This document shows, one piece after another, positions 39,601 through 50,125 of a stretch of DNA of 64,000 bases (its first letter is position 1; each line of letters begins with the position of its first letter). The stretch is from Tubulanus polymorphus (taxonomy: Eukaryota; Animalia; Nemertea), in assembly GCF_964204645.1 (NCBI RefSeq), contig NC_134032.1, positions 14,558,275 through 14,622,274 on the forward strand. The letters are read 5' to 3'. A program made the position numbers and the translations under genes. The notes under the pieces were generated by a model. The model saw only the letters and a program-made list of their open reading frames with translations. It was not told the origin of the DNA and made no database searches.

Positions 39601-42600
39601 ATCTACGCACACTCTGATTGGTCAACACCTCATTCACAGCATACCCATACATGCAAAATACATCCAGTACTCCTGATTCACAACTACTAGCACCACCTAT
39701 CACTCATACACCAAACTAAGGCTTGTAAACATTCTTCATCAAATATATCGTTATTTTTTCAAATACAATAAAATAATAATTCAAATTCAGATTGACGTCA
39801 AACACCGACGACAGACGAACCGGCCAGCCGAGAGATTGCACAAAACAGAATTCACGCAAATCACGCTAAAATATCGTAGTAGGTAAATCAGAAAATTCAA
39901 ATTTCCGTTTTAAGCATCTTAAAACTGGAACTTCATCTATTCGCTGATTCGTTCGTTTGTTACGTTAGACTTACCGACTAAACCCCATCGATCGAAACTT
40001 TTTAAAAAGAAATTACTAAATTCCTAATCAATCTTTTAAATATTTTTTCGAATTTCTTTTTTCTAATTTCTCTCTAGGGAAAGAATTTTAAAAACCGTGG
40101 ATCATCGATATTGGACTTACCGAACTTATAGAATGTGTAAACGAGGAGGAGCCTACTTGATGTACGGCGCTGTCCGACCTCCGTCTGCCGTACGAGTGTC
40201 GATTACGACGTCTCCACCTTGACCTTGAACTCGTCGTCGACGGCGTCTGCTGTTCGACGTTGTTGTTGTTTTTTGACGACGATCGTCGGTCCACGCCACC
40301 GCGGTCCCTACGCCTCGACGACGATCGTCGGTCCCCGCCGCGGTCCTTACGTCTCGACGAATAACTGCTTTTGAAACTGGAACTGCGACGATGTCGGCCG
40401 CGCTCGCTGAAACAACGGAGAAAAATTAAATTAGGATTACCAGACTACGTTAGGATTTCTCAGGGTGGATATAGACAGGGTGGATCTAGGGTGCTATTAG
40501 GCAGGGTGGATCTAGACAGGGTGGATCTATGGTGCTATTAGACAGGGTGGATCTATGGTGCTATTAGACAGGGTGGATCTAGACAGGGTGGACCTATGGT
40601 GCTATTAGACAGGGTGGATCTAGACAGGGTGGATCTATGGTGCTATTAGACAGGGTGGATCTAGACAGGGTGGATCTATGGTGCTATTAGACAGGGTGGA
40701 TCTATGGTGCTATTAGACAGGGTGGATATAGGGTGCTATTAGACAGGGTGGATCTATGGTGCTATTAGACAGGGTGGATATAGACAGGGTGGATCTATGG
40801 TGCTATTAGACAGGGTGGATCTAGACAGGGTGGATCTATGGTGCTATTAGACAGGGTGGATCTAGACAGGGTGGATCTATGGTGCTATTAGACAGGGTGG
40901 ATCTAGGGTGCTATTAGACAGGGTGGATCTATGGTGCTATTAGACAGGGTGGATATAGACAGGGTGGATCTATGGTGCTATTAGACAGGGTGGATCTAGA
41001 CAGGGTGGATCTATGGTGCTATTAGACAGGGTGGATATAGACAGGGTGGATCTATGGTGCTATTAGACAGGGTGGATCTAGGGTGCTATTAGACAGGGTG
41101 GATATAGACAGGGTGGATCTATGGTGCTATTAGACAGGGTGGATCTAGACAGGGTGGATCTTTGGTGCTATTAGACAGGGTGGATCTAGACAGGGTGGAT
41201 CTATGGTGCTATTAGACAGGGTGGATATAGACAGGGTGGATCTATGGTGCTATTAGACAGGGTGGATCTAGACAGGGTGGATCTATGGTGCTATTAGACA
41301 GGGTGGATCTAGACAGGGTGGATCTATGGTGCTATTAGACAGGGTGGATCTAGACAGGGTGGATCTATGGTGCTATTAGACAGGGTGGATCTAGACAGGG
41401 TGGATCTATGGTGCTATTAGACAGGGTGGATCTAGACAGGGTGGATCTATGGTGCTATTAGACAGGGTGGATATAGACAGGGTGGATCTATGGTGCTATT
41501 AGACAGGGTGGATATAGACAGGGTGGATCTATGGTGCTATTAGACAGGGTGGATCTAGACAGGGTGGATCTATGGTGCTATTAGACAGGGTGGATCTAGA
41601 CAGGGTGGATCTATGGTGCTATAAGACAGGGTGGATCTAGACAGGGTGGATCTATGGTGCTATTAGACAGGGTGGATCTAGACAGGGTGGATCTATGGTG
41701 CTATTAGACAGGGTGGATCTAGATAGGGTGGATCTAGGGTGCTTTGCACCATGGAGATAAATTTTTTTGAGGAATACTAAATGAACAAAAAATTCAGTTT
41801 ATTTCCAAACAAAATTTACCAACGCATTTCTTTGAAAGACTCGAATGATTAATTAGACTTATAATCATTACCTTAGATTAATAAGACATATTTTATTTTG
41901 AAAATCATCGTACGCCGAGACTAATTTTCCAACAAGCATTCGAGCGGGTGGCTGATCGCATGCGCGATCATTTGAAGGCTTAATGACTATGCGTTTAATC
42001 AAATCCTCCAAAAGTTGAAATATGAATGACATACGGTGACAAAATCAAAATTTTTCATCATTTTCAAAGGTATGCTGATCAGCACGTTGAAATAATTGAT
42101 ACACGGATAAATCTTTAGAAGATAAAATCCCACTATTTACAGATTAAAAGAATTTAAAAACCAGAATTCATTTATTAAATCTAAAATATTTAAAAGACAC
42201 GACGTTTCGATCTCACCCTAGAGATCATCGTCAGGTGTGAGATATAGATTAAAAACAGGGGTATATATACAGAGGAGGACAGGTTAATTGAGTAAATTGG
42301 TGAGTGAGTAAATAATTAGTGTTTGGCAAGGCATGAAGTAATATACTTAGAAAGAAGGGAATTATGCGGAGAAAAGCCATTATTTAAATTGGTACTAATA
42401 TCTGAGTGACGAGTAATTAGGGCAGACTCAACTATGTGGCGTTTAGTGTAATTGCTTCCACTAATTATTTACTCACTCACCAATTTACTCAATTAACCTG
42501 TCCTCCTCTGTATATATACCCCTGTTTTAAGTCTATTTCTCACACCTGATCTCTAGGGTGAGATCGAAACGTCGTGTCTTTTAAATATTTTAGATTTAAT

Positions 42601-45600
42601 AAATAAATTCTGGTTTTTAAATTCTTTTAATCTGTAAATAGTGGGATTTTATCTTATTGTCCGTTCACCACGTTTGAGTGTGGTCATCGTTCTATTAAGT
42701 TTTTAGAAATTGATTTAATCGTGTAGATATAAAATTGTAGAAAAGGTACCCGCCGAGTTGGTGGGTATTTGACACTGGTTTGTAGGTTGATAGCTGCGCA
42801 GCGAGTGTGGTAGATGGACACGTGTGGATTGTGTTTACAAACTGAATGTCGAGCATCATGGCGGAAACTCTCAGGCCTTTTTTTAATAGCTTCATTTACG
42901 GGGTAGACCTATTAAAATATCATTTCGGAGGAAATAAAATTCAAAAAAAAATTCCCTTTGTGTGATAAAATCAGTTTTTGAAGGAAGAGGGAACTGTTGA
43001 TATGTCCAAACTAATGATTCTTGGAAAGTTCGAATTCTGCGCACTGTGATTAAAAAAAATCAACCTCGCGTTTTTCAATTTTTTTCATCATTAAAGCCAG
43101 GATTCTCATTCGGAAGAGGTGAAAAACTTCTTTTTTTTTGCTTGTTTTTCCACTGAATTAGTTCCACGGAAGAAAATAAAAATTTTTAAAATATTTTTTT
43201 TTAAATTTGACTTCTTCAAATTTCGGGAGGCGGTTCCCGTAAACCAAGCTATTAGAAATAAAAGCCTAAGTAGTGTGTACAGTGTGAGTCACTAGTGATC
43301 CAGTTCCAGTCAGTTGCCCATGTTCTACTTTTGAGCAACTGGTTGTACTCAATCGCAGTCATATCCGTCGATGTGCGCGCTCTGGATCTCGATGATCGAC
43401 ACGCGCCATGCAGTTGCTGCAACTGACCGGTTGTAACTAGATTTCGATGTGCGCGGGGTAATCGTTCGGTAGCAACTAGTTGTCTCCAATTGCAGTGTCG
43501 ATGTGCGCTAGGCTTAAGGGAACATTCACTTACACAAGGCCTCCGCGTGCGCGCAGAAATCATTAGATTAGACTGTTGCACCTATTCAAAAACCTTTCTC
43601 ACTTCAGATAAAGAACTGTTATTAGGTAGGAGGTACAGCGGATATTACAAATATAGAATTCTAAAGAAAGTATTTTCTATACAAACTGTTCTTACTGCGT
43701 ACAGGGGAAAACCTCAGTCTATTTTCAGGATCACATTGACAATATGAAAAACCTATTGCGATTGGTGGAACTGATAAGGATTTCAATTACTAGACCAATA
43801 ACAACCCGGCTAACAAATAATAAATTGCCCATGGGCAAAGTGTGGTTTACCTTGAAAGTTAGAGGTTGTTAGGGGTAAGGGCATTGCTTGAAAAATCTTT
43901 TTAATTCGTGACAATTCAAATTTCTACAAGTTTAAATATTGTATTTTATAAATAAAATATTTTATCTTTCTTAAAGGATTATTTTGTAGTCAAATAAGAC
44001 CAAAGATATACATTTGTTTACGGTCCACATCCAAAAATTTCTTAGGGTACAGGTAGGCGTGGAAACTATTTTATATTTTCAAAGAAATATTTTTTCATAA
44101 TATGAAAAAAATACAAATAAAATTCATGATATCACATATCAGAGGGTGGCTGAATGTATGGCCGCGGAAGCTAAATACCGGTGCAGTAAGAAATCGGCGT
44201 ATTAGATCCTGGAATTTACCACTACAATATTCAGACCTCGACTTACACCTATAGTTTGCTGCTTAGTATTTTCAGGTCACAAGAAATTACAATCGATTAC
44301 AAATTCTATCAAACAGAAAACACAGCGCTCATCTTCTGCTGATGAAATAACGCGCCAGCAAGCAGCGTTACAGTATCACTATAGTAGTGTATACTGTACG
44401 CGCGTGTGTTTGTGTCAAGGTGCAACAGTCTAATCTAATGATTTCTGCGCGCACGCGGAGGCCTTGTGTAAGTGAATGTTCCCTTAAGCCTAGCGCACAT
44501 CGACACTGCGATTGGAGACAACTAGTTGCTACCGAACGATTACCCCGCGCACATCGAAATCTAGTTATGACCGGTCAGTTGCAGCAACTGCATGGCGCGT
44601 GTCGATCGTCGAGATCCAGAGCGCGCACATCGACGGATATGACTGCGATTGAGTACCACCAGTTGCTCAAAAGTAGAACATGGGCACTGGACTGGAACTG
44701 GAGATAGATCGACGCTTACCAATCGTAAGCTCGCTCACATCGACACATTCAAGCAACTGATCGTATCCAGCCAGTTCCTCTCATGCGCCGAAAACTGCCT
44801 TGCAACTAGTTGTCTCCAATCGCAGTGTCAATGTGCGCTAGGCATTACACTTTCAAATGTCAATCAAATCAATCACCGGGTATTAAAATGAAACAATACC
44901 TATGGCGGATAATGATTACATTCTCACCAGTAATGAGCATTAGTCCAATGAAACGTTCGCCATTCTATGGCTTTCCCATAATTATTTTAGTAGCGCCGGA
45001 ATTCCCCGTATATCCCAAAAAACAGCCAATCACATTCGCTCGTAGAGACGACGCCCCCCAATCGAGGTCATTGCAATTTTTTACGCGAGAGCTAAGAATT
45101 TTCCCGCCAAAAACAGTTTTTCGTAGAATTTTAACTCAGTTGACCATGTACATCGACGGAGGTTCGCCATGTCTTCAATCGCATCAATTATACATCGTTT
45201 AAGCCGAGAACCAATGAAACAAATGCTCACATAAAAAACGTACCGCGATTTTACATGAATTGGCTCAATGCCAACATCATATCGCTGACAAAGGTAAACC
45301 AAAAACCTTTCTCACTTCAGATGAAGAACTGTTATAAGTTAGCGGGAACAGTGGAACCTCGTTACAACGATTCATCGGACATTACAAATATAGAATTCTA
45401 AAGAAAGTACCGGTAAGAAAATTTCACTAATTGTATATATATAATTCATTGTCTGTCGATGCTGCAACATGATCAGTGATGGATCGAGAAATTCTGAATC
45501 GGGGAAGGCCCAAAAATCCAAGGCCTACATGTACCTGGTATAGGTGACACGAGCACGAGTCCTGAATATGACAATATATCATCTAATCGGCCCAACTTTA

Positions 45601-48600
45601 GAATCCTTACTTAGAAACTTAGAATACTTAAGAATCATTAAAACTGCACCGAAACAATCGGGAAGGTTCCATTACCCAGATCAATGAAGTGGAGATTTGT
45701 TGCAAAATGGCGATGCCCAGAGATTGAGTATTCAAGTATTCAGTAAAAACTGAGTAGCCTAAAAGTGGTGGCGATATTCAAACAAGCAAATTCTCATCCA
45801 CTACCGTGCCATGACAGTTTTTTTCTTGTTTTACAGATGGATACCGCGAAGGGATGCTGTTGGAAGTGCGACAAACCGCGGGATGTGAAAACTTGCAGCA
45901 GATGTAAAATTGCTAAATACTGCACAAATCAATGTCTACAAGCCGATGCTGCGAAACATAGGGTACAAAATACTATCTGTTATTTCTGTCATCAGTAGGC
46001 GATTACCAAAAACTCATCCCCCCCGACCTGCAACGTATAATCACCGATAATTTCAGCCCACATTTTTCTCTAAATGTTATAGATCGACTGTCAATATTTG
46101 GGAACCGACAAAAATCGACCGTGTGATTTCTGTCAGCAAGTGAAACCATCGCGGATGTGCAGTAGGTGTTTAGAAGTCGGTTACTGCTCAAAAGATTGTC
46201 AACGCAAAGACTGGCCGTCGCATAAACAAGGGTGCAACGAATTTAAACATAACATGCTTCGTGATTTCCGTTCAGGGTTCGTACTATTTGTGTGTCTTCC
46301 ATTTTCTATAACTTCCAAAGGGCCAAATTTCCATAAAGTGGAACCTCATTATAATGACCTCTGAAACTACGATTTATCAGATATACCAAACTTAAAATAT
46401 GGTCTAGTGTAAAAAGCTATTGGTTATTAAGATTTTCAACGACTTTCAGGTCCGGTGGGATTACTCAATATAGGCCTATCCAATTCTATGATTTACCGTG
46501 GTACTGGGGCAATCAGGCCGCAGTCGATTGGTTACAGTTGCCGAACAAAGAGGGCGCTGACTACGAACGCGACATCAACGTCTTGAGCGTTGGATGCGGT
46601 AACCTCGGTAACGTATTGTTGACGACGGCGAACGTACCAGACGCGTTCCGCAACAAAGTGAATTTCGTTCTGGTTGATTTTTGTCCGCACATAATGGCTA
46701 GAAATGTGCTGTTTCACTACATGATAACAGCTGCAGCAACGGAATACCAACAACGCGGTCCGGAACGCGGCGAGGACCAAACTGACAAGGCATGTCGTTT
46801 GATGTCACAGATCATGTATTCCCTGCGATTGTCTCCGGACGCGCGGAATTATTTGGTCGCGGCTCTGGAAACACTCGTCGAAATGAATGAAGAAAACGCT
46901 GATCATATTTTGGGAGGAAAGTTTGAAACATTAAAACAAATTTGGCAAAAATGGAAAGATTTGGCGTTTGACGACGCAGCTGTGGAGGCGATGAGATCAA
47001 CTAGAACTGACATGATGAGCACAGCAAATGAGCAAAACGGAATTGATCATTATCTGGCATCGATACCAAAACGTTACGTAAAATCGTGTAAACAGTGGTT
47101 CGAAAATGGACTGTTCGCTCGGACCCGAGACACGGACGAACGAGAAAAGATGAAATTCCCGAATCCAACCCTAACGATGATGAATCCATGGCTCAATGAA
47201 TCGGAAGATGAAGAATTATTGCGGCGAATTTTGTTGAATTACTACCAACAACGACCAAACTACCGGGACGAGATGTTGTACGTGGTTCACTTCAATTGCG
47301 CAGCGCCACACTGGTGGAAGTACGACGACGTACGACGACACCGCGACAACGATGACATCATCGACATGTTCGACGCGTATTTCAGACATGTTTTACGCCG
47401 AGCGATTGTTAACTATCGCCGTATCAACGTCACGTTCATCGTCGACGACTACAGACAAATCAATAAATACATCGGAGACCGAAAATTTGACCGAATCGCC
47501 ACGTCGAATGTGGCCGATTATTACAAAGGTTTGTACGAGCTCGTCGATGACATGGCGCCGCGTTTGAACCGCGAAAATAATCACTCAGTTTTGATGACAT
47601 CACTGATGAACTGGCCCTTCAGACCAGTAATCATAGCTGCCGAAGAAATTGCTAAAATGAAAGCTAGAATCAGCAAACTGTTCAAAGGGGTGACATTGAA
47701 ACTTGAAGACGATTTGGAATTTCAGGAAAGTAATATTGATCGGTGGCCGGCATTTTTGAATTACCTACGAGGCATGTTACAAGCTCATTTGAAATGTCGA
47801 AATGTCGTCAAACTGAATGATGTTTGGAAATGCCGAAACGGAGTGCGTCTGGCGAGGTTTGATTTATTCGAGAATTCAATCGTACCGTTCCAGCGTTCAC
47901 AAGTGAAATACGCAGTCAACCTACCACAGAAATACGAGAGAAATTTGGAATTCATTGTCGCCGATAGCGATGACGAAATGTAGTTCACAAAGGTCAACGA
48001 GCCTCATTTGACGAGTAATTCTCGATTGAGAACATTGATGAATAATACTTTATGATAAAAATAAGTAACTACCGTAAATAAGAATATCTGAAAGAGCTCT
48101 CACCAGTGTTCAGTGTTTTCAATAAGAAATTAATAAGCCAGGTCCCTTTGAAAAACAGGAGGGTCCCATAATATGTCACAGTCCCTGAAATGAAAGCTGG
48201 TTTGAAAAATCAAGGCGGGTCCTTTACAAACGACAGACAGGTCTGGGACCTGGCTCTTATTGAAAACACTGGTGTTGAGTTCGAATTGCTACAATAGATA
48301 TCCGCATTTTTTAATTTCATTTTTTTCAATGTACCCTCAACGCACTGAGTGCCAATTTACGATAAACTGAATCAATTAAGAAATTAAATCAAATCGATAG
48401 AATCGAATCTGTGTGAAACGTTTTTGTGGGGTTAAAATTGGAATTTAGGAGGGTTAAAACCTTCGAAATGCACCGATTATAGATCAACTTGTATATAGGC
48501 CTAGTTGTATTTAACAGATAAACTGTAGTTGAACTGAGAGTCCTGTGGTTTATATCCAACAACTGAGAAAGGATGTAAGGGGTTGACTTTATCTAGGGCT

Positions 48601-49251
48601 AACAGAAATACCTTGTGTTTCCCATTTCTGATACAGTTGACCTGCTCACCAAGTATCTATTCTACATATTACTTTTTTTTAAATCATGGTCGAGCTGCTT
48701 ACTTACAGTCCCGGCAGTTATAGCAATGAATTAAATTATAGAAATTTAACAAAATAACCAATTACAAGAAACAAGGTATCCAGACAATATAATAGACATA
48801 GCAGAACGATATAACGACATACCCGGCCAATTACAAGAAACAAGGTATCCAGACAATATAATAGACATAGCAGAACAATATAACGACATACCCGGCCAAT
48901 TACAAGAAACAAGGTGTATTTTTTTTTGTCTTGAACCACATATATCAGACAATATAGGCCTAATAGACATACTGGTGAACTTCAGAACATCTCTCCCTGA
49001 ACTTTTCATTAGGAACGTTCAAAAACCTTTCTTTCGATATCCGAGCGGGGCCTGGTTTATAAACTGATCGTTACAAAATCACAACAATGTACGTACCTTC
49101 GTCGCGGTAACGGCGAATGCGACGACCTTGACCTGTCTCGTTTATAACGAGAATCGGACGAGACGCGACGACGTTTTCTCAACGACCGATAGCTGTCGCA
49201 ATCATCGGCGGAACTCGGGCTGCGGCGTCTACGTCTAGTGCTGCGTGGCAT
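18004..49251 (-). CDS. CLK: CDC-like (LAMMER) dual-specificity kinase CLK/Doa, RS-rich isoform ~525 aa. Exons 49251-49097, 40406-40121 (alt donor 40157), 30044-29960, 29045-28979, 25770-25654, 25261-25171, 24686-24611, 24514-24420, 24319-24190, 23118-23036, 22448-22369, 21365-21278 (or 19932-19842), 18228-18004
   Basis: Spliced translation gives [40 protein letters not shown], the signature [11 protein letters not shown], an RS-rich N-terminus and C-terminal RERSHSLSR. All junctions are GT-AG and phase-compatible. Confidence 0.95.
18874..19117. repeat. Tandem repeat, 84-bp unit x ~3
   Basis: GAGGTTCCGCTGTATTTAGG... repeated. Confidence 0.9.
19283..19705. mobile_element. Probable MITE with TTCAAGGA subrepeats
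   Basis: Ends CAAGGTTCCTACAATTCC / GGAGTTGTAGGGACCCTG are inverted; subterminal repeats at both ends. Confidence 0.55.
19842..19932 (-). CDS. CLK: CLK mutually exclusive exon B (91 nt): [30 protein letters not shown]
   Basis: U-rich tract then tttcaag acceptor, CAG|gtaaga donor, open frame, same phases (2 to 0) as exon A, homologous ends (RYF ... CKPL). Confidence 0.75.
20318..20605. mobile_element. piggyBac-like MITE nested in a family-C repeat (20216-20741); a partial copy lies at ~58340-58427
   Basis: TTAA-CCCTTTCAGTGC ... GCACTGAAAGGG-TTAA. Confidence 0.8.
21278..21365 (-). CDS. CLK: CLK mutually exclusive exon A (88 nt): [29 protein letters not shown]
   Basis: ttatag acceptor and gtaagt donor, phase 2 to 0; canonical CLK RLDWD...[11 protein letters not shown] motif. 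Confidence 0.92.
22030..22195. repeat. Minisatellite, 23-bp unit x ~7
   Basis: Unit CAGCCTGAAACATGAATCGTAAT. Confidence 0.9.
22596..22728. mobile_element. Short MITE family D; copies at ~55645-55770 and ~62250-62390, expanded arrays at ~53835-54195 and ~61615-62248
   Basis: TIR GGGGCCGGTTCCATAG / CTATGGAACCAGCCCC with internal TTAAGACCAGTCT..TTCTATAGCCAATCTAACAAC units. Confidence 0.7.
23243..24002 (-). ncRNA. Tandem array of 11 x 69-nt units, each a minimal type-I hammerhead ribozyme motif (Penelope/retrozyme-like)
   Basis: Minus-strand unit: UAUUC-CUGAAGA-U-GACUA..loop..(U/A)AGUC-GAAA-CG-UU-GAAUA. It has both core boxes, stem II, a palindromic minimal stem III, a GUU cleavage triplet and stem I UAUUC/GAAUA. 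Confidence 0.75.
26222..26865. repeat. Minisatellite, ~62-bp unit x ~10
   Basis: CCCTGATTGGTCAGTGCTGGTCACATGGTATGCAAATTACC... repeated. Confidence 0.92.
27530..28050. repeat. Purine-rich (G/A) low-complexity tract; a similar tract lies at 11594-11816
   Basis: Predominantly G/A on the + strand. Confidence 0.9.
28552..28765. mobile_element. MITE family C; related copies at ~20216, ~25900, ~57010-57375 and ~63240-63570, some with internal tandem expansion
   Basis: Termini (C)AGGGTTCTTACAGATC / GATCTGTAAGAACCCTG and shared core AAATTATAAGATATCCTCAGTGAGGGCTGTTTCTTATCAAGAGGTTCC. Confidence 0.65.
29179..29290 (-). CDS. CLK: Putative CLK proximal first exon with lysine/arginine-rich leader [37 protein letters not shown]
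   Basis: ATG-initiated ORF with phase-1 donor C|gtgggt, separated by a 133-nt intron from the phase-1 acceptor at 29045. Confidence 0.35.
30965..31298. repeat. Degenerate minisatellite, ~32-bp unit
   Basis: GAATTTGACCTATTTAATGGCAGCCATCTCTA repeated ~10 times. Confidence 0.85.
32225..32255 (-). CDS. CLK: Putative CLK micro/first exon [10 protein letters not shown](Y), 31 nt
   Basis: ATG...CAG AGA T|gtaagt, a consensus phase-1 donor. Splicing to 29045 regenerates [14 protein letters not shown], as the canonical exon does (AGA T|gt). Confidence 0.5.
32755..33792 (-). CDS. CLK: CLK alternative N-terminal exon, 346 aa low-complexity (polyQ, polyP, acidic, polyA), non-RS
   Basis: GC-rich >1-kb ORF in a CLK intron, same strand. 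ATG at 33792 and phase-0 donor GCG|gtacgt at 32755 fit the phase-0 acceptor at 30044. Candidate acceptor at ~33895. Confidence 0.7.
34465..34929. mobile_element. MITE family A, longer 465-bp variant in opposite orientation
   Basis: Same TIRs, TTA on both sides. Confidence 0.85.
35138..35250. mobile_element. Short MITE family E; copies at ~51826-52072, expanded arrays at ~54485-54985 and ~56030-56560
   Basis: TIR GGACCCAGTTCCACAGTT..GAGTTA / TAACTCACAACTGTGGAACCGGGCC. Confidence 0.7.
38281..38424 (-). CDS. CLK: Putative CLK alternative first exon [48 protein letters not shown]
   Basis: GC-rich island, ATG to AAG|gtaaca phase-0 donor, in frame with exon 30044. Confidence 0.55.
38825..39165. 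repeat. Minisatellite with ~45/92-bp periodicity
   Basis: Alternating GAGATAGCGGTGCCACCGAGTGGTAG and GAGATAGTAACGACACCTGGTAGTAG subunits. Confidence 0.85.
39245..39623. repeat. Minisatellite, 41-bp unit x ~9
   Basis: Unit CTCTGTAAAACAGTCGCTGATTGGTCAGTAATATACGCACA. Confidence 0.92.
40461..41742. repeat. 1.3-kb composite minisatellite (15- and 26-bp subunits)
   Basis: AGACAGGGTGGATCT alternating with AGACAGGGTGGATCTATGGTGCTATT. Confidence 0.97.
42119..42655. mobile_element. Penelope-like element remnant: ~200-bp inverted repeats (42119-42321 and 42459-42655)
   Basis: Near-perfect inverted arms, each with a hammerhead-type motif followed by an AT-rich tail with AATAAA. Inverted pseudo-LTRs with hammerheads are characteristic of PLEs. 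Confidence 0.6.
42197..42238 (-). ncRNA. Minimal type-I hammerhead ribozyme
   Basis: ACAC-CUGACGA-U-GAUCUC(UAGGGU)GAGAUC-GAAA-CG-UC-GUGU: 6-bp stem II, GUC triplet, stem I ACAC/GUGU. Confidence 0.75.
43300..43514. mobile_element. MITE family A, truncated inverted copy (a solo end also lies at ~58222-58269)
   Basis: Reverse complement of the first ~215 bp of the 44487 copy. Confidence 0.8.
44487..44844. mobile_element. MITE family A, 358 bp
   Basis: Nearly identical to 558-915, flanked by TTA. Confidence 0.85.
45837..47983 (+). CDS. Tandem MYND zinc finger + DUF4470 (SAM-methyltransferase-like) protein, ~617 aa; exons 45837-45962, 46083-46276, 46450-47983; nested antisense in a CLK intron
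   Basis: Two CxxC..CSRC...YC..xCx..D..xH..xC MYND patterns. [11 protein letters not shown]...[17 protein letters not shown]...MARNVLF and [13 protein letters not shown] resemble DUF4470-type proteins. GT-AG junctions in frame (phases 0 and 2). Confidence 0.85.
48111..48271. mobile_element. MITE with CAGTGTTTTCAATAAGA termini; second copy at ~62515-62650
   Basis: Terminal inverted repeats and a dispersed second copy. Confidence 0.6.
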
Positions 49252-49957
49252 CTATAAAAATAGAAACGCATATATTAACTACTATTGAGAACAGTCTACC
49301 CGGTGCGCGACACCATGGGATGGGATGCTATTTCCAGAGGTTAATTATGACTGGAGACCGAGCGGTTATTGTTTACAGGCTGCTACTACCGTTTTCATAT
49401 CATTTGCAGGTGCGTTGGAAGCAGTTTTTGATTGCTGCGGCCAAATGCCGATTTTGGACAGGTTCTAAATATTGCCGCGGCGAATTTACTTAATTTCTTC
49501 AAAAATGTGGTGGTCAAAGAAAAAAAAAACGTTATTCAGTAAATTATTACAATTACAATTCCAAAATGTTTAGAGGGGAAAATTTAGCTCACAAAAACGT
49601 TTGCTATAATAAAATTACTATACTGAAAATCAGATTTGTAGTATTGTTTTTGCTTCTTAAGGTATATGGATTTTCATCTATTTGAACCTCTTGAATCTTA
49701 CCGAAACTATTATTTAATGTGACATTAAATGAAGGCTGGCTAAAAATGTATTGGTGTAAAATTGATTCATTTCAAGTCGTTTTATTCGGATTAAAAGACT
49801 GAGGAGCGTAAAACGGACAGACTAAGCTATACGCGGAAAAGAAAATCTGTGAAGGTTTTACTGGAAATAGGCGTAAAATCGGAGCGATATAAACAACACG
49901 TAACATCCAGATCAGAGACTTCTTTAATTAGACTCCGGTTTCAAACTATCAACTCAC

Positions 49958-50125
49958 TTCTATTGCTGGAATCGTCGCGATTTTATTCAATATAAAATCA
50001 ACAAAAACCATCGGAATCATCGAAGGATTTTCCGTAAATCCGTGACGTCAGGTTCTACTCGAGTTGTGATTGGCTCCGGTAGATAATGACGACACTTTCT
50101 TCTACGGCGTCCTGATTGGCCCAAT
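49958..50125 (-). promoter_or_regulatory. CLK distal promoter and non-coding first exon
   Basis: Donor AA|gtgagt at 49958/49957, perfect CRE TGACGTCA at 50043-50050, CCAAT boxes at ~50068 and ~50114-50125. The ATG exon begins directly after an acceptor (ttttatag|ATG). Confidence 0.6.
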
